A stretch of DNA of 64,000 bases from Marsupella aquatica (lineage: Eukaryota > Plantae > Marchantiophyta). Shown one piece after another: positions 25,891 to 40,600 of this stretch. Both the position numbers and the translations under genes were made by a program. Below the pieces are notes generated by a model. It saw only the letters and a program-made list of their open reading frames with translations, was not told the origin of the DNA and did not search any database. The stretch lies in the NCBI GenBank assembly GCA_973895155.1, contig OZ316899.1:15651974-15715973 (forward strand), given 5' to 3'. The stretch's first letter is position 1, and each line of letters opens with the position of its first letter.

Positions 25891-28473
25891 ACAACCTACG
25901 CTTCCCACTAGTTGAATTTCCTGTCACAATAAAGCCACAGTTGTGCGTCACACTTTCCGACATGGTGCCTTCTAACATCACGGGAGGATATACATTTGGA
26001 TCCATGCGTTCTAAAAATTGGATACCAATGTGATAGTCCAGATGACAAAGCTTAGTTTCTTTGGGGTACATTGCATTGGTGGTGATGTGATGAACTTTGT
26101 TCATGATTTATGTCATCATTTGGGCTATTTGTTTTGTCAAATCCTAAACCCTAAACACCTAAACTCCCAAGACGAAACTCCCGAGCCCATTGTGCATGCC
26201 ATAAACCCAAGGATAAGCATTCAACCGGCCCATAACCTGTGATTGTGTGCCGTTACAAAGAGATGGAATGAAATGATTGCTCATTGCTTTCATTCAGTGT
26301 AGGCCGTGTGAATCACATTGGGTCCGTCCGAAAAGTAAAAAATGCGCCAGGAAAAACCCCGGTGGATACACGCCCAAAGCCAGCCACTCACACGACAGTA
26401 GTGTAGAGCAAACCGGACAGAACATGAAAATGACAACATGTGCTTCTATGAGACGATTGAACCAAGTACACTGCTAAGCCTCATGACTGGCGTCTTGGAG
26501 ACACCTACTCCAACGTCTAAAGTTTGCCTATCCTAAACCTACCCTAAACCCTAAACATAAACCCATAATCTTGCGTTTGATCGTCGGATGGCTTGCTGTC
26601 GGACTTGAACAGATTCCTCTCAGCGGTCCGGATCCCATAATTTCCTTCAGCCTGGCAATAAACCGGGATGATAGCCGGACAGCCACCAAACTTGACGCCA
26701 TCGAATGATGGCTAGGAAATGCTACTGCCTTCTGCTTCCGGCTCTTCCCCCATGATGCCGTCACAGGCTCGGAGGTTACAAACTCCACCTCAGCAGGCTG
26801 GGCCATCGATGGTCCCACCGAGTGGGTACGGCCATCTCTTGTAGGTCGAGGACGGTAGTGGTGGGTGTAGCCATCACTGGGCGAGATGGGAAATTGGTCC
26901 CATATGAAGTCGTCGGGTCCCCCGGGGGCTCGAGTCTTCCATGTCCGAGCTCACCTCAATTGTGTTCACCTCCGTAACCACACGGCACTGAGGTGCGGAT
27001 GCAACATAAGTGCACTGTGCTCATAAACCCTAAACACTAAACCCTCAACCCTCAACCCTCAACGAACCGGTACATTAAGAGGTTGAGTCCAACCCCAATC
27101 CGGTCTTCTATTCCTTTGCTGGAAACAGTTGATCCTGTAAATATTACTGTGAGTTTCAAAGATGGATCAAACATTGTGTAGTTGAGGCAACTGAGAAATG
27201 CCCTAGACTGAGACATACCTCTAGAAGAATCTTACTAGTGTAATGCCCAATGAAGAAATACCTACAGAAGAAGACTTGTGCTCATCTACTCTAATTCTCC
27301 TATTTACTATCTAGGTAAGTTCCCACAAACCTCCAAGTACCACTCCTCAAACTGAACTCGCTTGTGGCCTCCATAGGTACCTCCTCCTACCTTCAATTGT
27401 TACCCCTAGTAGCTCCTTCCCGGTCTCTAGTAACTCTCTAATTCTTGACCCTAAATCCTGGGCACTCATCTAATCCTCAAATCTCTCTCTCTTGGATTCC
27501 CACTCCGATCTTTCCATACTCAACCCTGGGGTGTCTACTTGACCTGGTATCACTCCTTGGATCCTTGAGCAGCACCCATAAGCCACAAGCAATGCAAACA
27601 AATTTTCCCTCGAATCTCAATGCAGGTTCCAATGGAAATGGGCTGCGAATCATGACGATAATGATGATGCGCGCAGAAATTTGTTTGGATTATTGTACAA
27701 AATTGGATTGATCTTCTTCACGCAAATGATACCAAGTTATTTAAAAGGTCCAAAATCTGATAGCTCCTGTGTTGTACAATACGATGAAAAATGTTTGGCT
27801 TCAATTTAACCTGATTAAAAAAAAACAGAAACTGAAGACAACAATTCTTTCAGGTTGCTTCATATATAGTCCGGCTGAAGAGAGCCCCAACTCCTTTTTG
27901 ATCATTTACTTGGAATCTCCAAAAGACTCACGTCATGCTTTCCATGCTGAACAAGAGTGCAACACTGCAACATGTTCTTCTAAGCTTATTATACTTTAGG
28001 GTAGTTGCCAATCGATTCCCTGCCAGTTTTTGCCAAAATCAACATCAACTGGCCAGGCTGCACCAGACGTTTCTCGCATATGGGACCCCTCACCTCAATC
28101 CCAAAGCTGGCGATTGAAGGCACCAATGGCGATGGAACATGTCCAGCTGTGCTGCTCTACCTTCCAGCATCAGCCTCGCCCCAGCATGATTCTAACAAAA
28201 ACATGGCAAAATGGAATGCAAAGAATTTTACAACCCAAAACTCTCTCCACAACGCTGAATCACAAATTCGTCGGAATCAAACACAAATTACCGTCCAGGT
28301 CGTCTCCTTGGAAGATGGCCTCTTGGTGAATGACATATTTGTCTTTCACAGGATTACAAAATCACAGGGTAGTGTCGGGAATCATGAGAGTACTACTAAC
28401 TTGAGCCACAGTTCCGCCCATCAACACTGCAATTAATTCAGCCTAATCCAATTCAGAACTCGTCAACAAAAAC

Positions 28474-31460
28474 TGTCACGTCGTCGGCTGCGGCCTTAAC
28501 TCAGACTTCAGCTTAGACGGGCACATCCCTCGTAAATCTGAGGGTTCGGGCAGGAAGGGAAGCACGTAATGCACCTTATTCTCGTAAACTAGCGCTAAGT
28601 GCGCATACTGCTAAATACGGACACCTCCTAGGTATGGTTTGTGTTTCGCCGTCGGAACGTACCTTAGTCGATAGCAGGATCGACCCCGGCTTAAGGGCTT
28701 CTAAGCCTTCGTGCTGTCCGCCTTTGATCCGGATTCGATGATACAGGTCCTCAACCCGTGCTTGCAACCACTTACCCGCAGGCTGCACCCTGTGCACGTC
28801 TCGGGTAGTGCGTTCGGCCTGGCGCTGCCACCCATATACGAGAAACCCACACACATACACGCGCACATGCATACAATCTCGATTTACACGAAGGAAAATG
28901 ATGGGAAAGGATTTTACTACAAAGGGAACATATGCGTACACTTAGTTGACCCGACAGCCCCGGAATGAACAGGTTCAAGGCCGAGGGTGCACACTACAAC
29001 GGAGCCCGGCTCCACACTCGCCCGGCGAGCTTAGTCCTACCCCCTCCCCTTGGTACTCTTTCATTCCCAGAGGTCGGGACTCCCCGCACATACCGCGGAC
29101 GTCCAACTCTACAACTAAAAACCCCCCTGCCTCTACCGAGGGGTGCACTAAATACTAAGGGACGAGGGATGGGGTGTCCTCTCGCCGAAGATTCGCTGAC
29201 TAAGGTCCTAACTAAGCTGACAGTCAGGCCGGAAAACGGCTGTGTCTTATTAGAAGATCCTAATCTACGCAGGTTGGACAGCATGGCAGCGCTGCTGTAC
29301 CTAAGGCAGGTGCCTGTCCCAAGAGCCTGACTAAGCCAGTCCTAATCCTAATCTATTCCTACTCCGCTGCTAATGCCTGGCACGCTTGCCAGAGCCGCCC
29401 GAATGGGAGCGGCCATCCCGCTGCCTTCGAAGCCTATCATTGTCCGCCTTGAGGAGCTGGACCTGGTCCAGCAGAGATTCGTTCTCTCGCCTCGCCGCGT
29501 CCGTCTCCTCTGCTGCCTCCTGACATGCCTCCTCCAGCTGTTGGGCGTCGCTCGTCAGTTTACCCGCCAGCTGGTCCTGCTTCTCGGCCTCGGTTTGGAG
29601 CCGCGCCACCTCGGCCTGCAGCGTGGCTATCTCCGCCGTGTACCGCTGGGCCCATTCCTCGGCCTCCTCCAGGTCTTTCTGCCAGGTGACGGTTTGATTC
29701 TTCAAACTGTCAATCTGGTTCCGGAGTCGTGTAATCTCGGCCTCGTTCCCAGCTTTGGCCTGTTTGGCTAGGGCGGTAAGAGCGTGCGCCTTTGCTAACA
29801 ACTCATCGGCGGCTGCAACCTTGGGTCGTAGTTGCAGAAGCTCAGCCTCTTGAGCCGCAACTTCGTTCTTTAGGTACACGGACTCCACCCGGTACCGCTC
29901 TATCCTCTGAAGGGCCTCTGACTGGGCCTGACCTGCCTTTACTGCGGCAACCAACTCCTGATTGAAGAAACAGGCTACCTTCCGGGCCATGAACTCCCCG
30001 GTATCCCGGGCAATTTGATGAGAGAAATCTCCCAGAAGCCCGTTCAGAAATGTACCCGATACGAAGAGTTCCGGGTGGTCCAGGTTGTGCCTGTCCGGAG
30101 TTGGGCACGGGCAGACGTCAACACACGCGGGGGGCGGGGCAGTGACGTCCAGCCCTGGGGATGTAACGTTGGAAGGGGCTGGAGTGTCCTCCTGCAGCAA
30201 TGTCCGGTTCTCCAGAATAGCCACCGGTGGGTCTTTGGGAGACCCGGGCTCGGGTAAGACCTCCGTCGTACCGACTTCTATACTTAGCTTGGCTTGTTGG
30301 GTTGCATCAACGGTTGCGACAACCGACCCATCCGGTACCTCCTCGGTTACGACTACAGCTACTTGTGGAGGTGGGGTGGGTGAAGCTGGCGTGTCCGCTG
30401 GACTTCGGGCCTCGGGTTGGGGCCATCTCTCCAAGGCCGGGAAAACCCACCTAGTTGGGACCAGCTTTGTAACGTTGACACGGGGAAGGGTTCGTCGATT
30501 AAACCGGGCGTACCACTCAAGAATGATCTCGATGTGGCTAGCGAAATATGCCTTCCCGCCAATGTACAGCGTCTTCCTTCGCCGCTCCATCTCTTCATGG
30601 AATTTCTTAGCGAAGTACGACGCCCACTTCCTAGGTCAATAGTTCTCGACCTGGATAACTTGGGCGGTGGAGATCTCCCCCCGGGGTTCCATCATGTGGA
30701 GGGCGTACCTCTGGAACTCCAGTCGCTCAGCTATCTCGGGGATGAGGCAGGTCTTCATCATGAACCCGTTGTCCACTGCTCCCTCTGAGGGAAACTTGAA
30801 GATTGGTACTTGGCTCCCTTGCCCCCGGGAGCCCGTGATTCGACTCGATGGTCACCTTCGGGTAACCCAAAGATCATCCTGAGCCGTTCTTCCGTGAGGG
30901 ACATACTCCTTCCCCGCAGCCGAGTATGTTGACGCACGTCGTCATAATTCCTGACGAACTCCGTCATGTCCTCCCCGTAGTACCTGCAAGTGTTCCAGGG
31001 GAGGGAGGCGAGGTGCTCGAATCCCTGAGTCTTCAGGTACACCGCATGCTTGGGATGGAGGATGTTTTTGTGAACGTTTTCCCCCATGCGGTGCATCGTC
31101 ACCTTGGCTATGGCTACCGTGGCCAACGGTAACCCGGATGCAGTGGTGGATTCCTTCCTCTTCTTCCCCCGTGACTGGCTCGGGGAAGGTGACACTTCCC
31201 CATCCTCCCGATCGGGCCTGGGTAGTGCCACTGCCGTTAGTAATGGGCCCGGGGCGGCCATGGTCACATGTTGTCTGCCGGGGCCGCTCCTGGGGTCAGA
31301 GCAGGGGGTGGGGACGATATAGTGTCGGCCCCCTGAGCGCTTGTTCCTCTGGGCCGCCTGGTCAAGGGTGGGGTAGCCTCGTCGTCATCGCTAAGATCCA
31401 CGACGTTGATGACGGAGCGTACTTGTGCTGGCTGGGCGATCGGTGGTGGGGTTTGGCTAG
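28474..31460 (-). repeat. 3' LTR-like copy (no match to 45253-45775)
   Basis: Near-identical to 42416-45252. The right copy lacks ~155 bp corresponding to ~29346-29502. Confidence 0.85.
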
Positions 31461-31554
31461 GCTGCGGCTGAAGCTGAAGCTGAGCCTGAGGTTGCATGGG
31501 TATGGGTACGGGTTCGACTGAGTTGGTCATGTTGGTTGATGGTCGAGTTCCCAT
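29370..31554 (-). pseudogene. LTR-embedded accessory ORF A (PMD/Transposase_32-like + coiled coil), ~730 aa reconstructed
   Basis: ORFs 31264-31554, 30758-31267 and 29370-30590 join across frameshifts and a TGA that are absent in the right-hand copy. Motif HAVYLKTQGF...EFVRNYD...LRGRSMSLTEERLRMIFGLPEG. Confidence 0.7.
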
Positions 31555-31824
31555 GAAGCTCTATAGGTGCTGGTAGAAGTTCTCTGAAGCGAGTGCAGAC
31601 GACCTTGTCGAACGGGTAGTGTTGGACTCGCTGTTGATGATAGCCCGAACCTGAGCAGGGATGTGGTCGAAGTGATGTCATTGCAAGTCGATCGTACCCG
31701 GGATATTGAAGACCTCGTCCGGAAGCTGAAGCAATGCTTCCCAGAAACCGATATATTTGTCTCCGTTGAAGAAGTACCCAGATACTTCTGCTGGTCAGTA
31801 AAGCTTGCTCTGAGAGAAACCTCC

Positions 31825-34800
31825 ATGGCAACAGAGATGAAGAGGAAGGGAGCCGTCAACGATGAAGCCACCCCGGCAAAAAGAACAAGGTCGGCGGCAC
31901 CAAAGAAGCCAGCCGAGCAGCAGAGCAGGAGGCAGGGAGAAGCCGAAGAGGAGGAGGTCGATCCCATCAAGGCCATTCCAACCAGGGATGACACCTGGAA
32001 GGGCTGGGCGGCAACCCTACCGGTGGAGGTGCAACTACATTTTGCACGGGAGGAGGATGCATGCTTTACGGCCATGCAGACCAAGAAGTACCGAGGCTTC
32101 ATGGCCGGATCCGGCTTAGAGGCCTTTGTAAGATTACCATGGCTGAAGCCGGAGGTACCGGAGTCAGACCTATTAGAATTCGTGGGGTCATGGGAACCCG
32201 AGACCAATTGCACGAGGATATATGGGAAGGATTTCTATCTTACTCCCAAGGTAATTGCCAAAGTGTTTGGCTTGCCGATAGGCAATAAGACCAAAGTTGA
32301 TACCAGGAAGACCTTGCGTGACAAGGAGTTCCGGTCGTTCCCCGGGCCATCAACGAAGAATGGCTTCTTCCGGAACACCTGCACCAACCCGCACATAGGA
32401 GAGATGATCGACTTCTTGCGGGTGACCATGCATTGTAACTTGCCGAGGGCAGAGATCGGCAAAGCACAGGTCTATCTGGCAGAAAGGCCAGACCCAAGCC
32501 GGGACTACAACGGGTACCTCCTCAACCAATTGAAGAAGATCTTAAAGGAGGAGCAGCAGGTAATCGGCATGGGGAGCGTATTGCGGCTTGGCTATCACAT
32601 GCCGCTGTTGTGCCGGTATGCTAGAGGTCAGACTTTTGCCCCAGTACTTCCCCTGCAGGTAAGGGCACCCGAGGAAGCTCCAATGCCGAGGCCGTTGGCT
32701 GAGAAGCCTCAACCACCTGTTAGCCCTACGATCGAGTAGGTGTTTAGGCCCAGGAAGGAGGACTTGCCGATGCAGCAACTAGGCATGCAGAGTCTGCTGA
32801 AACTACTGGAGAAAGAAAAGAAATCGGCATCGGCAACAACAACGGCAATGGCAACAATGCAGGACACTACTACAGAGGTAGGCCTACACCGGCTCACAAG
32901 AGAAAACCCCTTTGCTGGAGACAAGGAGAGAATCAGGCCGGAATCCAAGCCAGGTGTTCGAATGTATGTGGGAATCTCAAGCTCCGAATCTGAGGCAGAA
33001 TTGCCTGAAGCTCCTACCGACGAAGAGGAGAGGGAGAAGCCGGACGTCCAAGAAGTAGAGGAGGTAGTGGAGGACTGCAGCCATGATAATTCCGGCTATG
33101 GGTCGGACCATCACGTTCCAGGAGTAAGGACCTGTGGCCGGTTTGTCCCCACACTTCCAAGGGTAGTGCGAGGGGACCCCAACCAGCAGAGTAGCCCTGA
33201 GTCTCCCCCACCAGATGTTGCTCCCCCGAGCTTTGACGGCATAAAATAGACGGTGCAAGAATTTCAGGAGCAAATCAGGCAGGAAGAGGAGGCAGCCCTG
33301 GCTAGGGAAAAGGATTTACCAGGAGGAGATTGGCCGGAGGACATCAGGCGGCTAGCCAAAAAAGGAAGCAAACCTCTAGCCACGATTGAAGAGATCCGCA
33401 GGACGGCTTGGGAGCAGAGGCCGCGATGGGCGATGCCGATCACTTCTACTTACTCCACCTACGCTAAGAATAGAGCCATGGAGTATGGTGAGATGTGTGG
33501 GGAACTTGCGCTCGGCATCTTTGGAGAGGAGTTGGAGGTAGGACCCTTTTTCCATAGGGAGCAGTTGGAGAAGCACCAATTAGAAGAAGCGGTGGCTTTA
33601 GAGAGAAGCAAGAAGGACGAGGTCATTCGGCGGCTTAGGAGGATGGAAGCCGAGATTGAAGATCTAAAGGCGGCCAAGAAAGCCCAAGATGAACTGCGGA
33701 TTAAACGGCATGAGCTGAACATCATGCAGGGGCAGTTGGACACCGCGCAGGCTGATAATCAGAATATCAAGGAAAAACTGACTCAGACGCAGGGAGAGTT
33801 GGCCGACACGATCAAAGAGAGGGAGAAGTGGAAGCAAGAGCTGAAGAATACAGAGGAGGCCCACATAACGCCAACAGCCGGGCCATGGCGGAGACCCAAA
33901 GAAAGGAATGGGCGTTGAAGGGGGAGCTCGAGAAAATCCGCGGAGCCCTTGAGCAGAAGGAGGCCGAGTTAGGGAAATCCTATCAAGGGATTATGGCGCT
34001 GCAGCAGGAGCTTGCGTCCCTGACGGCCAGCTTCAAGGCCGACCTAAGGGAGAAGGACAAGATGCTCGAACAGACTTACGCCAAGATGAACCAGATGGAG
34101 TCTGTCATCATTGCAGAGCTCGACAAGGAGCTAAGAGCAACCCGGGAGGAGAGGACTACCTTGAAACAAGAACGGGAGGAAGCCCAGAAGGAACTAGAGG
34201 AGGCATGCAAGGACCTGGATGAGACCCAGGAGGAGTTGGAGGAAATCACGAGGAAGATGGAGAACCTCCAGCGGCGGGCCGACAACCAAACGGAGCGGCT
34301 GAAGAAACAAGCCGCAGTATTTAAGTGCTTGTCTTCATCAGGCCCAACTCCAATTGGGGCAACCAAGTTACCAGGAGTGGTACTGGCCGAAGAAAAAGCC
34401 GCGCCACCTGCACCAGTGCCGGAAGTAAGTGGGAAGGGGAAGGGACTAGCTGCCAAACCAGAAAAGAAGAAAAAGCGGAAACCTTCAGGGTCAAGGAGTA
34501 ATCCGACTCCACAAGCCGTGGTGACCAAGGAGGTAGAACCAGCACCATCCTCCGGCATGAATACGGCAATAGATCCCGCTATCATCACAGGTGGGGGTGG
34601 TGCGGCCCAAGCCGAACTACTCAGTAATGAGGCCGGTATTCCAGATCCGCCTCTTGAGCAGGCCGGGGAGACCGTAGCCGAGGCTGAGGCAGTAACCGAT
34701 TCCCGAGCCGATGCCGACGCCGATGGTGGACCCAGTCAGGCCGATGGAGAGTTGACTCAGTCAAGGGCAGGTAATCTGTCAGAAAATGAACCTACGGCAG

Positions 34801-34856
34801 TGGCTGAGGAGGAAGCGTTGGGGGCGTCCATTAAGGATCCACCACCGGTGTCGTGA
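31825..34856 (+). pseudogene. Accessory ORF B (PMD/Transposase_32-like + long coiled coil), ~1000 aa reconstructed
   Basis: Collinear ORFs broken by TAG at 32737 and 33247 and a frameshift near 33870. Motif FMAGSGL...LPW...DLLEFVGSW...IYGKDFYLTPKVIAKVFGLP. Confidence 0.7.
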
Positions 34857-35719
34857 CGGTGCAAGGGCGTCGTTCCTTTTAGGGAGGGCGGACGTGGAGG
34901 GAGGAGGCGTGAGTGGGCAGGGCGGGCGCTGATCTCCAAGTTTAAGATTAGGATCAGGACCAGGAGCGGCCCCGACACTTAGCTTAGTGGGATTGCGGTC
35001 CCACTGGTAGGAGCAACACTTGTGCTCCTGCCTTGCTGTACATAGGTAGATTCGGGCAAGTAGATTACTGTTAAGTAGATTAGGCTTACGATGCAAAGAA
35101 TGGCGGATCCACTACCAGGATAAGTACCTGGGCAGCGGGGAGCTTAGGGCCTCTTCTTTAGCAAGTTTTTAGTTTGCACCAGCCGGGCTGGGATCAAGTA
35201 GTACGAGAAGCTCTCGGTTAGTCATACAGTGACCCTTGTGTATATTCATGTTTCCTCATGCCTAAGAGCTGAATAGAGTTGGCCTCACGGCTTAGTTCGC
35301 AGAGCTTGTGTATGAGATGTACTGTTTGTATGGCAAGTGCATGGTATGACTCAGTCAGAATGAGTCATTTTGCTATTTGTGTGTCGCATTAACTTGTGTG
35401 AAGAGTGCCCACATCAACCAAAAGGAAGGAAAGTAAGTAGGGGAGTGAGAGTTGGATGTGTCGAGCTGAGATTTAGGTCTTAGCGGCTTAACCAAGCCTA
35501 TTGGGGATCATTCCGGCGGCGGAATCCAAACATACCTAACAAGACGGAGGGGAAGACAGGGGAAGGCCTAGATTAGGCCGGCTACGTATCTCATGACCCG
35601 ATGAAGGATCTGTCCAATATATGTGTGTAAAATGTTAATAGTAGTAGTAGAAGGTTAGCAGCGTCCCATGCCGCTAAGCCGCGGAAACGGCCTCGCCAAG
35701 CGCGAATCATGGTCTCCCC

Positions 35720-37674
35720 GGCCTCAGCCTCGGCTATGGTCTCCCCGGCCTGCTCAAGAGGCGGATCTGGGATACCGGCCTCATTACTGAGTAGTTCGAC
35801 TTGGGCCGCACCATCCCCACCTTTGATGATAGCGGGATCTATTGCCGTGTTCATGCCGGAGGTTGGTGCTGGGTCTACCTCCTTGGTCACGGCCTGTGGA
35901 GTCGGATTACTCCTTGACCCTGAAGGTTTCCGCTTCTTCTTCTTTTCTGGTTCGGCAGCTGGTCCCTTCCCCTTCCCACTTACTTCCGGCACTGGTGCAG
36001 GTGGCGCGGCTTGTTCTTCGGCCAGTACCACTCCTGGTAACTTGGTTGCCCCAATTGGAGTTGGGCCTGATGAAGACAAGCACTTAAATATTGCGGCTTG
36101 TTTCTTCAGCCGCTCTGTTTGGTTGTCGGCCCGCCGCTGGAGGTTCTCCATCTTCCTCGTGATTTCCTCCAACTCCTCCTGGGTCTCATCCAGGTCCTTG
36201 CGCGCCTCCTTTAGTTCCTTCTGGGCTTCCTCCCGTTCCCTGTGGGCTTCCTCCAGTTCTTTCTTCAAGGTAGCCCTCTCCTCCCGGGTTGCTCTTATCT
36301 CCTTGTCGAGCTCTGCAATGATGACAGACTCCATCTGGTTCATCTTGGCGTAAGTCTGATCGAGCATCTCGTCCTTCTCCCGTAGGTCGGCCTTGAAGCT
36401 GGCCGTCAGGGACGCAAGCTCCTGCTGCAGCGCCATAATCCCTTGATAGGATTTCCCTAACTCGGCCTCCTTCTGCTCAAGGGCTCCGCGAATTTTCTTG
36501 AGCTCCCCCTTCAACGCCCATTCCTTTCTTTGGGTCTCCGCCATGGCCCGGTTGTTGGATGTTATGTGGGCCTCCTCTGCATTCCTCAGCTCCTTCTTCC
36601 ATTTCTCCCTGTCCTTGATTGCGTCGGCCAATTCTCCTTGGGTCCGCGTCAGTAGATTCTCGATCATCCGATTATCAGATTGTGCGGTATCCAACTGGCC
36701 CTGCATGATATTTAGCTCATGTCGCTTAATCCGCAGCTCATCTTGGGCTTTCTTGGCCACCCTCAGGTCCTTGATTTCGGCTTCCCTTTCCCTAAGCCGA
36801 CGGATGACCTCGTCCTTCTTGCTTCTTTCCAAGGCCACCGCTTCTTCTAATTGGCGCTTCTCCAACATCTCCCTCTGGAAAAAGGGTCCCTGCTCCAACT
36901 CCTCCCCAAATATGCTGAGCGCCAGTTCTCCACACATCTCCCCGTACTCCATGGCTCTGTCTTTAGCATAGTTGGAGGAAGTAGAAGTCATCGGCATCAT
37001 CCACCGCGGCCTCTGCTCCCAAGCCGTCTTGCGGATCTCTTCAATCGTGGCTAGAGGGTTTGCTTCCTTTTTTGGCTAGCCGCTTGATGTCCTCCGGCCA
37101 ATCTCCTCCTGGCAAATCCTTTTCTCTAGCCAGGGCTGCCTCCTCTTCCTGCCTGATTCGCTCCTGAAATTCCTGCGCCGTCTGTTTTATGCCGTCAAAG
37201 CTCGGGGGAGCAACATCTGGTGGGGGAGACTCAGGGCTACTCTGCTGGTTGGGGTCCCCTCGTACTACCCTTGGAAGTGTGGGGATAAACCGGCCACAGG
37301 TCCTTACTCCTGGAACGTGATGGTCCGACCCATAGCCGGAGTTATCATGGCTGCAATCCTCCACTGCCTCCTCTACTTCTTGGACTTCCGGCTTCTCCCT
37401 CTCCTCTTTGGCCGTAGGAGCTTCAGGCAATTCTGCCTCAGATTCAGAGCTTGAGACTCCCACGTACATTCGAACACCCGGCTTGGATTCTGGCCTGATT
37501 CTCTCCTTGTCTCCAGTAAAGGGGTTTTCCCTTGTAAGCCGGTGTAGGCCTACCTCTGGAGCAGTGTCCTGCATTGTTGCCGTTGCCATTGTCGTTGCTG
37601 ATGCCAATCTCTTTTCTTTCTCCAGTAGTTTCAGCAGATTCTGCATGCCTGGTTGCTGCATTGGCAAGTCCTCC
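35720..37674 (-). pseudogene. Inverted second copy of the middle/C-terminal part of ORF B
   Basis: Reverse complement of ~32757-34690. Shares QQLG/PGMQ...EDCSHDNSGYGSDHHVPG...KEWALKGELEKI. Confidence 0.85.
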
Positions 37675-40600
37675 GTCAATTGGCTGATCGACTGGTACGC
37701 CGTCCAGCCGTGAAAAGAAGTCAGCATTGAGGTGTGCCTTTCCTGGCCGAACCCGAACTTCGTAGTTAAATTCCTGGAGAAGTAGCACCCAACGGGCTAT
37801 CCGTCCCGTTACGTCTGCTTTGTTGACCATGTACTTCAGGCTGTCGTGATCCGTGTGGAAGATGACCTTGTAGCCGAGCAGATAGTGCCGGAACTTCTTA
37901 CATGAGTAGATTATGCCCAGTGCCTCTCGATCCGTGGGGAATAATTTTTTTTGGCTGTGAATAATTGACGGCTAGCGAAGTAGATGGGGTGGTCACGTCC
38001 GTCCGTATCAAGCTGACTAAGCACAGACCCGATACAGAACCCTGACACGTCGACATACACGTGGAACTCCTTGTTCCAGTCTGGAGTGACAATGATAGGT
38101 GCGGTGGTGAGTCTTTTATGGAGTTCTTCGAAAGTAACCCGTCTCCTTGGGGTCTCCTCGATCACCGCGTCCTTTTTCATCATCTCTGTTAAGGGCAAAG
38201 CTATTTTAGCAAAATCTTAATGAACCGACGGTAATACCCTACGCAGCCCAAGAAGGATCGTACTGCTTTTTGATCCACGGGGAACACCACTGCCATCCAG
38301 GCCGCAACTTTCTCTTGGTCCACCTCAATGCCCCGTTTGGACACACGATGCCCGAGTAACACCCCCTCCTCTACCCCAAAGAAGCATTTGGCGGGATGTA
38401 GTTTGAGGTTAACATCCCGGCATCGTTGCAACGTTCATCGTAGGTGTTCGGGGTGCATGGCAACGGTTCCGAAGATGGCAAAGTCATCAATAAATATCTC
38501 CATAAATTCCCGTAGGAAATCGTGGAAGATATTCATCATAAGGCGCTGAAACATGGCCGGGGCGTTACACAGACCGAAAGGCATCCTCTGAAATGCAAAA
38601 GTCCCCCACTCCGTAGTGAAAGTTGTTTTGAGCTGATCCGCGAGGCGAATCCAGATTTGGTTATAACCTGAATACCCGTCAAGAAATGTATAGATTTCAT
38701 TTTGGGCTACCATATCTAGAACCATATCCGTGAATGGTAATGGGTAATGGTCTTTTCGGGTTGCGTCGTTCAGCTTACGGTAGTCCTGACAAATACGAAT
38801 CTTAGGTTTTCCATCCGTACCTCCCTTCTTTGGTACAATGACAATGGGAGAGACCCAGTTGCTGGCCATTACCGGGTAGATGATATCGGCGGCGAGGAGA
38901 TGATCAATTTCCTCCTTCACTAAGATGGAGTACCTCGGGTTCATGCGACGTTGTCGCTGCCGTACCGCATGGGCTCCTAGGTTCAGATCGATCGTGTGTT
39001 CTCCCAACTCGGGGGAGACGCCTGTTAAATCATGATGACTCCATGCAAACACATCTTCATATTCCTTGAGCAAAGCTTGGATGGATTTTTTAGCCTCCCC
39101 TGTCAGAGCGTGGCCCAGGTTAAAAGATTTGTCCATCCCAATGGTGTACTTCCGGTAGTGCTCCTTCCTGATGACTTCAACCTGGTTTCGCAGGCTCGGG
39201 TCCAGGCTCGCATCAAGCTCAGCTAACCGAACTCCTCCGTACATGGGTGGAACCGGGATTGGTCTTGGGGTTGGAGTTACTTCCTCCAATTGCGGAATGG
39301 ACGGATCCCATGAGACTTGTTTCTTATGTCTCGGTCTCGAGTTTTCGGCCTCGGGCGGTTGTTGGACTGGTTCGTGGTCACGAGGCTCTGCAACGGTAGA
39401 AGCAGCCTCGGCTCCCTGCTTAGCTGGAGCCGTGTCCTCCGTCTCGACGAGTTGTTCATGCGTTTCCTCATCCCCGGCAGTAGATGTGCTTGGGGTGGAC
39501 TCAATGGCAGCCCTCGGGTAATTTAGGAGATGTGATTCGCGGGTTGCTTCAACTCCGAAGACATCTTCCTCGGACAGGGACGAGATGAGTTCAATCATAT
39601 TGAGTTCCTCTTCCTCCGAGGTCTCCAAATCATATTCCTCGGGTCCTTGTGGGGTTTCTCCCTGATAATCGTCCATTGCCCATGATACCCGTACGGTGGG
39701 TTCCCCGAACCGTAGCTCCTTCTTTCCCCAATCCGTGACTACGCGGCCACCGTATAGCCACGGCCTGCCCAGAAGAACTGGGTAAGAGGAGGGACGAACC
39801 GGCCTCATAACTAGGAAGTTGAGATAGAACTCCACCCCTCCCACCAGAGTGAGCACTCGTGTGAGCGTGCCTAATGGGAGGACCCTTGCCCCGTTTGCTA
39901 ATCTGATAGCTCGGGCTGTGGGTTGATACGTGAGGTATCCTAACTTGACTGACGTTTCTTCAGTCATGATGTTGACTCCCGCTCCTCCGTCTACAAGAAC
40001 CATCTTGATGGTACAATTATTAATTTCGATCGAGATGTCTGGCGCTCCAAGGTCCTCGCATATCATGTTGTAGTCCGCGATCCCAACTCGGGGTAGTCTC
40101 CTCCTTCGGCGACCCATGAGCAACTCCCTTAGTTGCCGTCTGTACTGTGGGTTGTTCTGCAGCAGTTGCCCCACCGTCGCTGTAACCAGGCAACTCTTCA
40201 CGTCCTCCTTAATATCATAGTCCTCCTTCGTTTCTTCCTTCGGCTGCTGCTTGGCTTCCTCTTGTTTATCTTGCTTTTCTTGCTCCTGTCGCCGGGCTGT
40301 CTCGGCTGCTTTGCTGTCCTTATCGATTGCCTTCTGGTATTCCCGAGCTTCGTAAGCCTCCAGCTGTTTCTTTACCAATTCTTTGATGCGGGGGAAAAAT
40401 AGCTTCGGGTCGTCCCGTCGGTAGTCATCATCCTTCTCCGTGGGTATATCTATCGCTGGCTGCACCGGAGTAGTATCTTTCTTTTTCCTGCGTTTCTCCT
40501 CCTGCTTCTCTTCCTTCCGTTCAGCTCTTGTTGACACACGATAGCACTCAGCCTCATCAGATGGATTAGGGTGTTCCGCCACGTCCACCAGATTCACCCA

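Noticed and set aside
24560-28440. Short ORFs between the two large insertions
   Set aside because: No recognisable domains and no consistent coding strand.
35420-35470. Purine tract followed by TG as a PPT/LTR start of another nested element
   Set aside because: No second LTR copy or TSD could be found, so it is unsupported.
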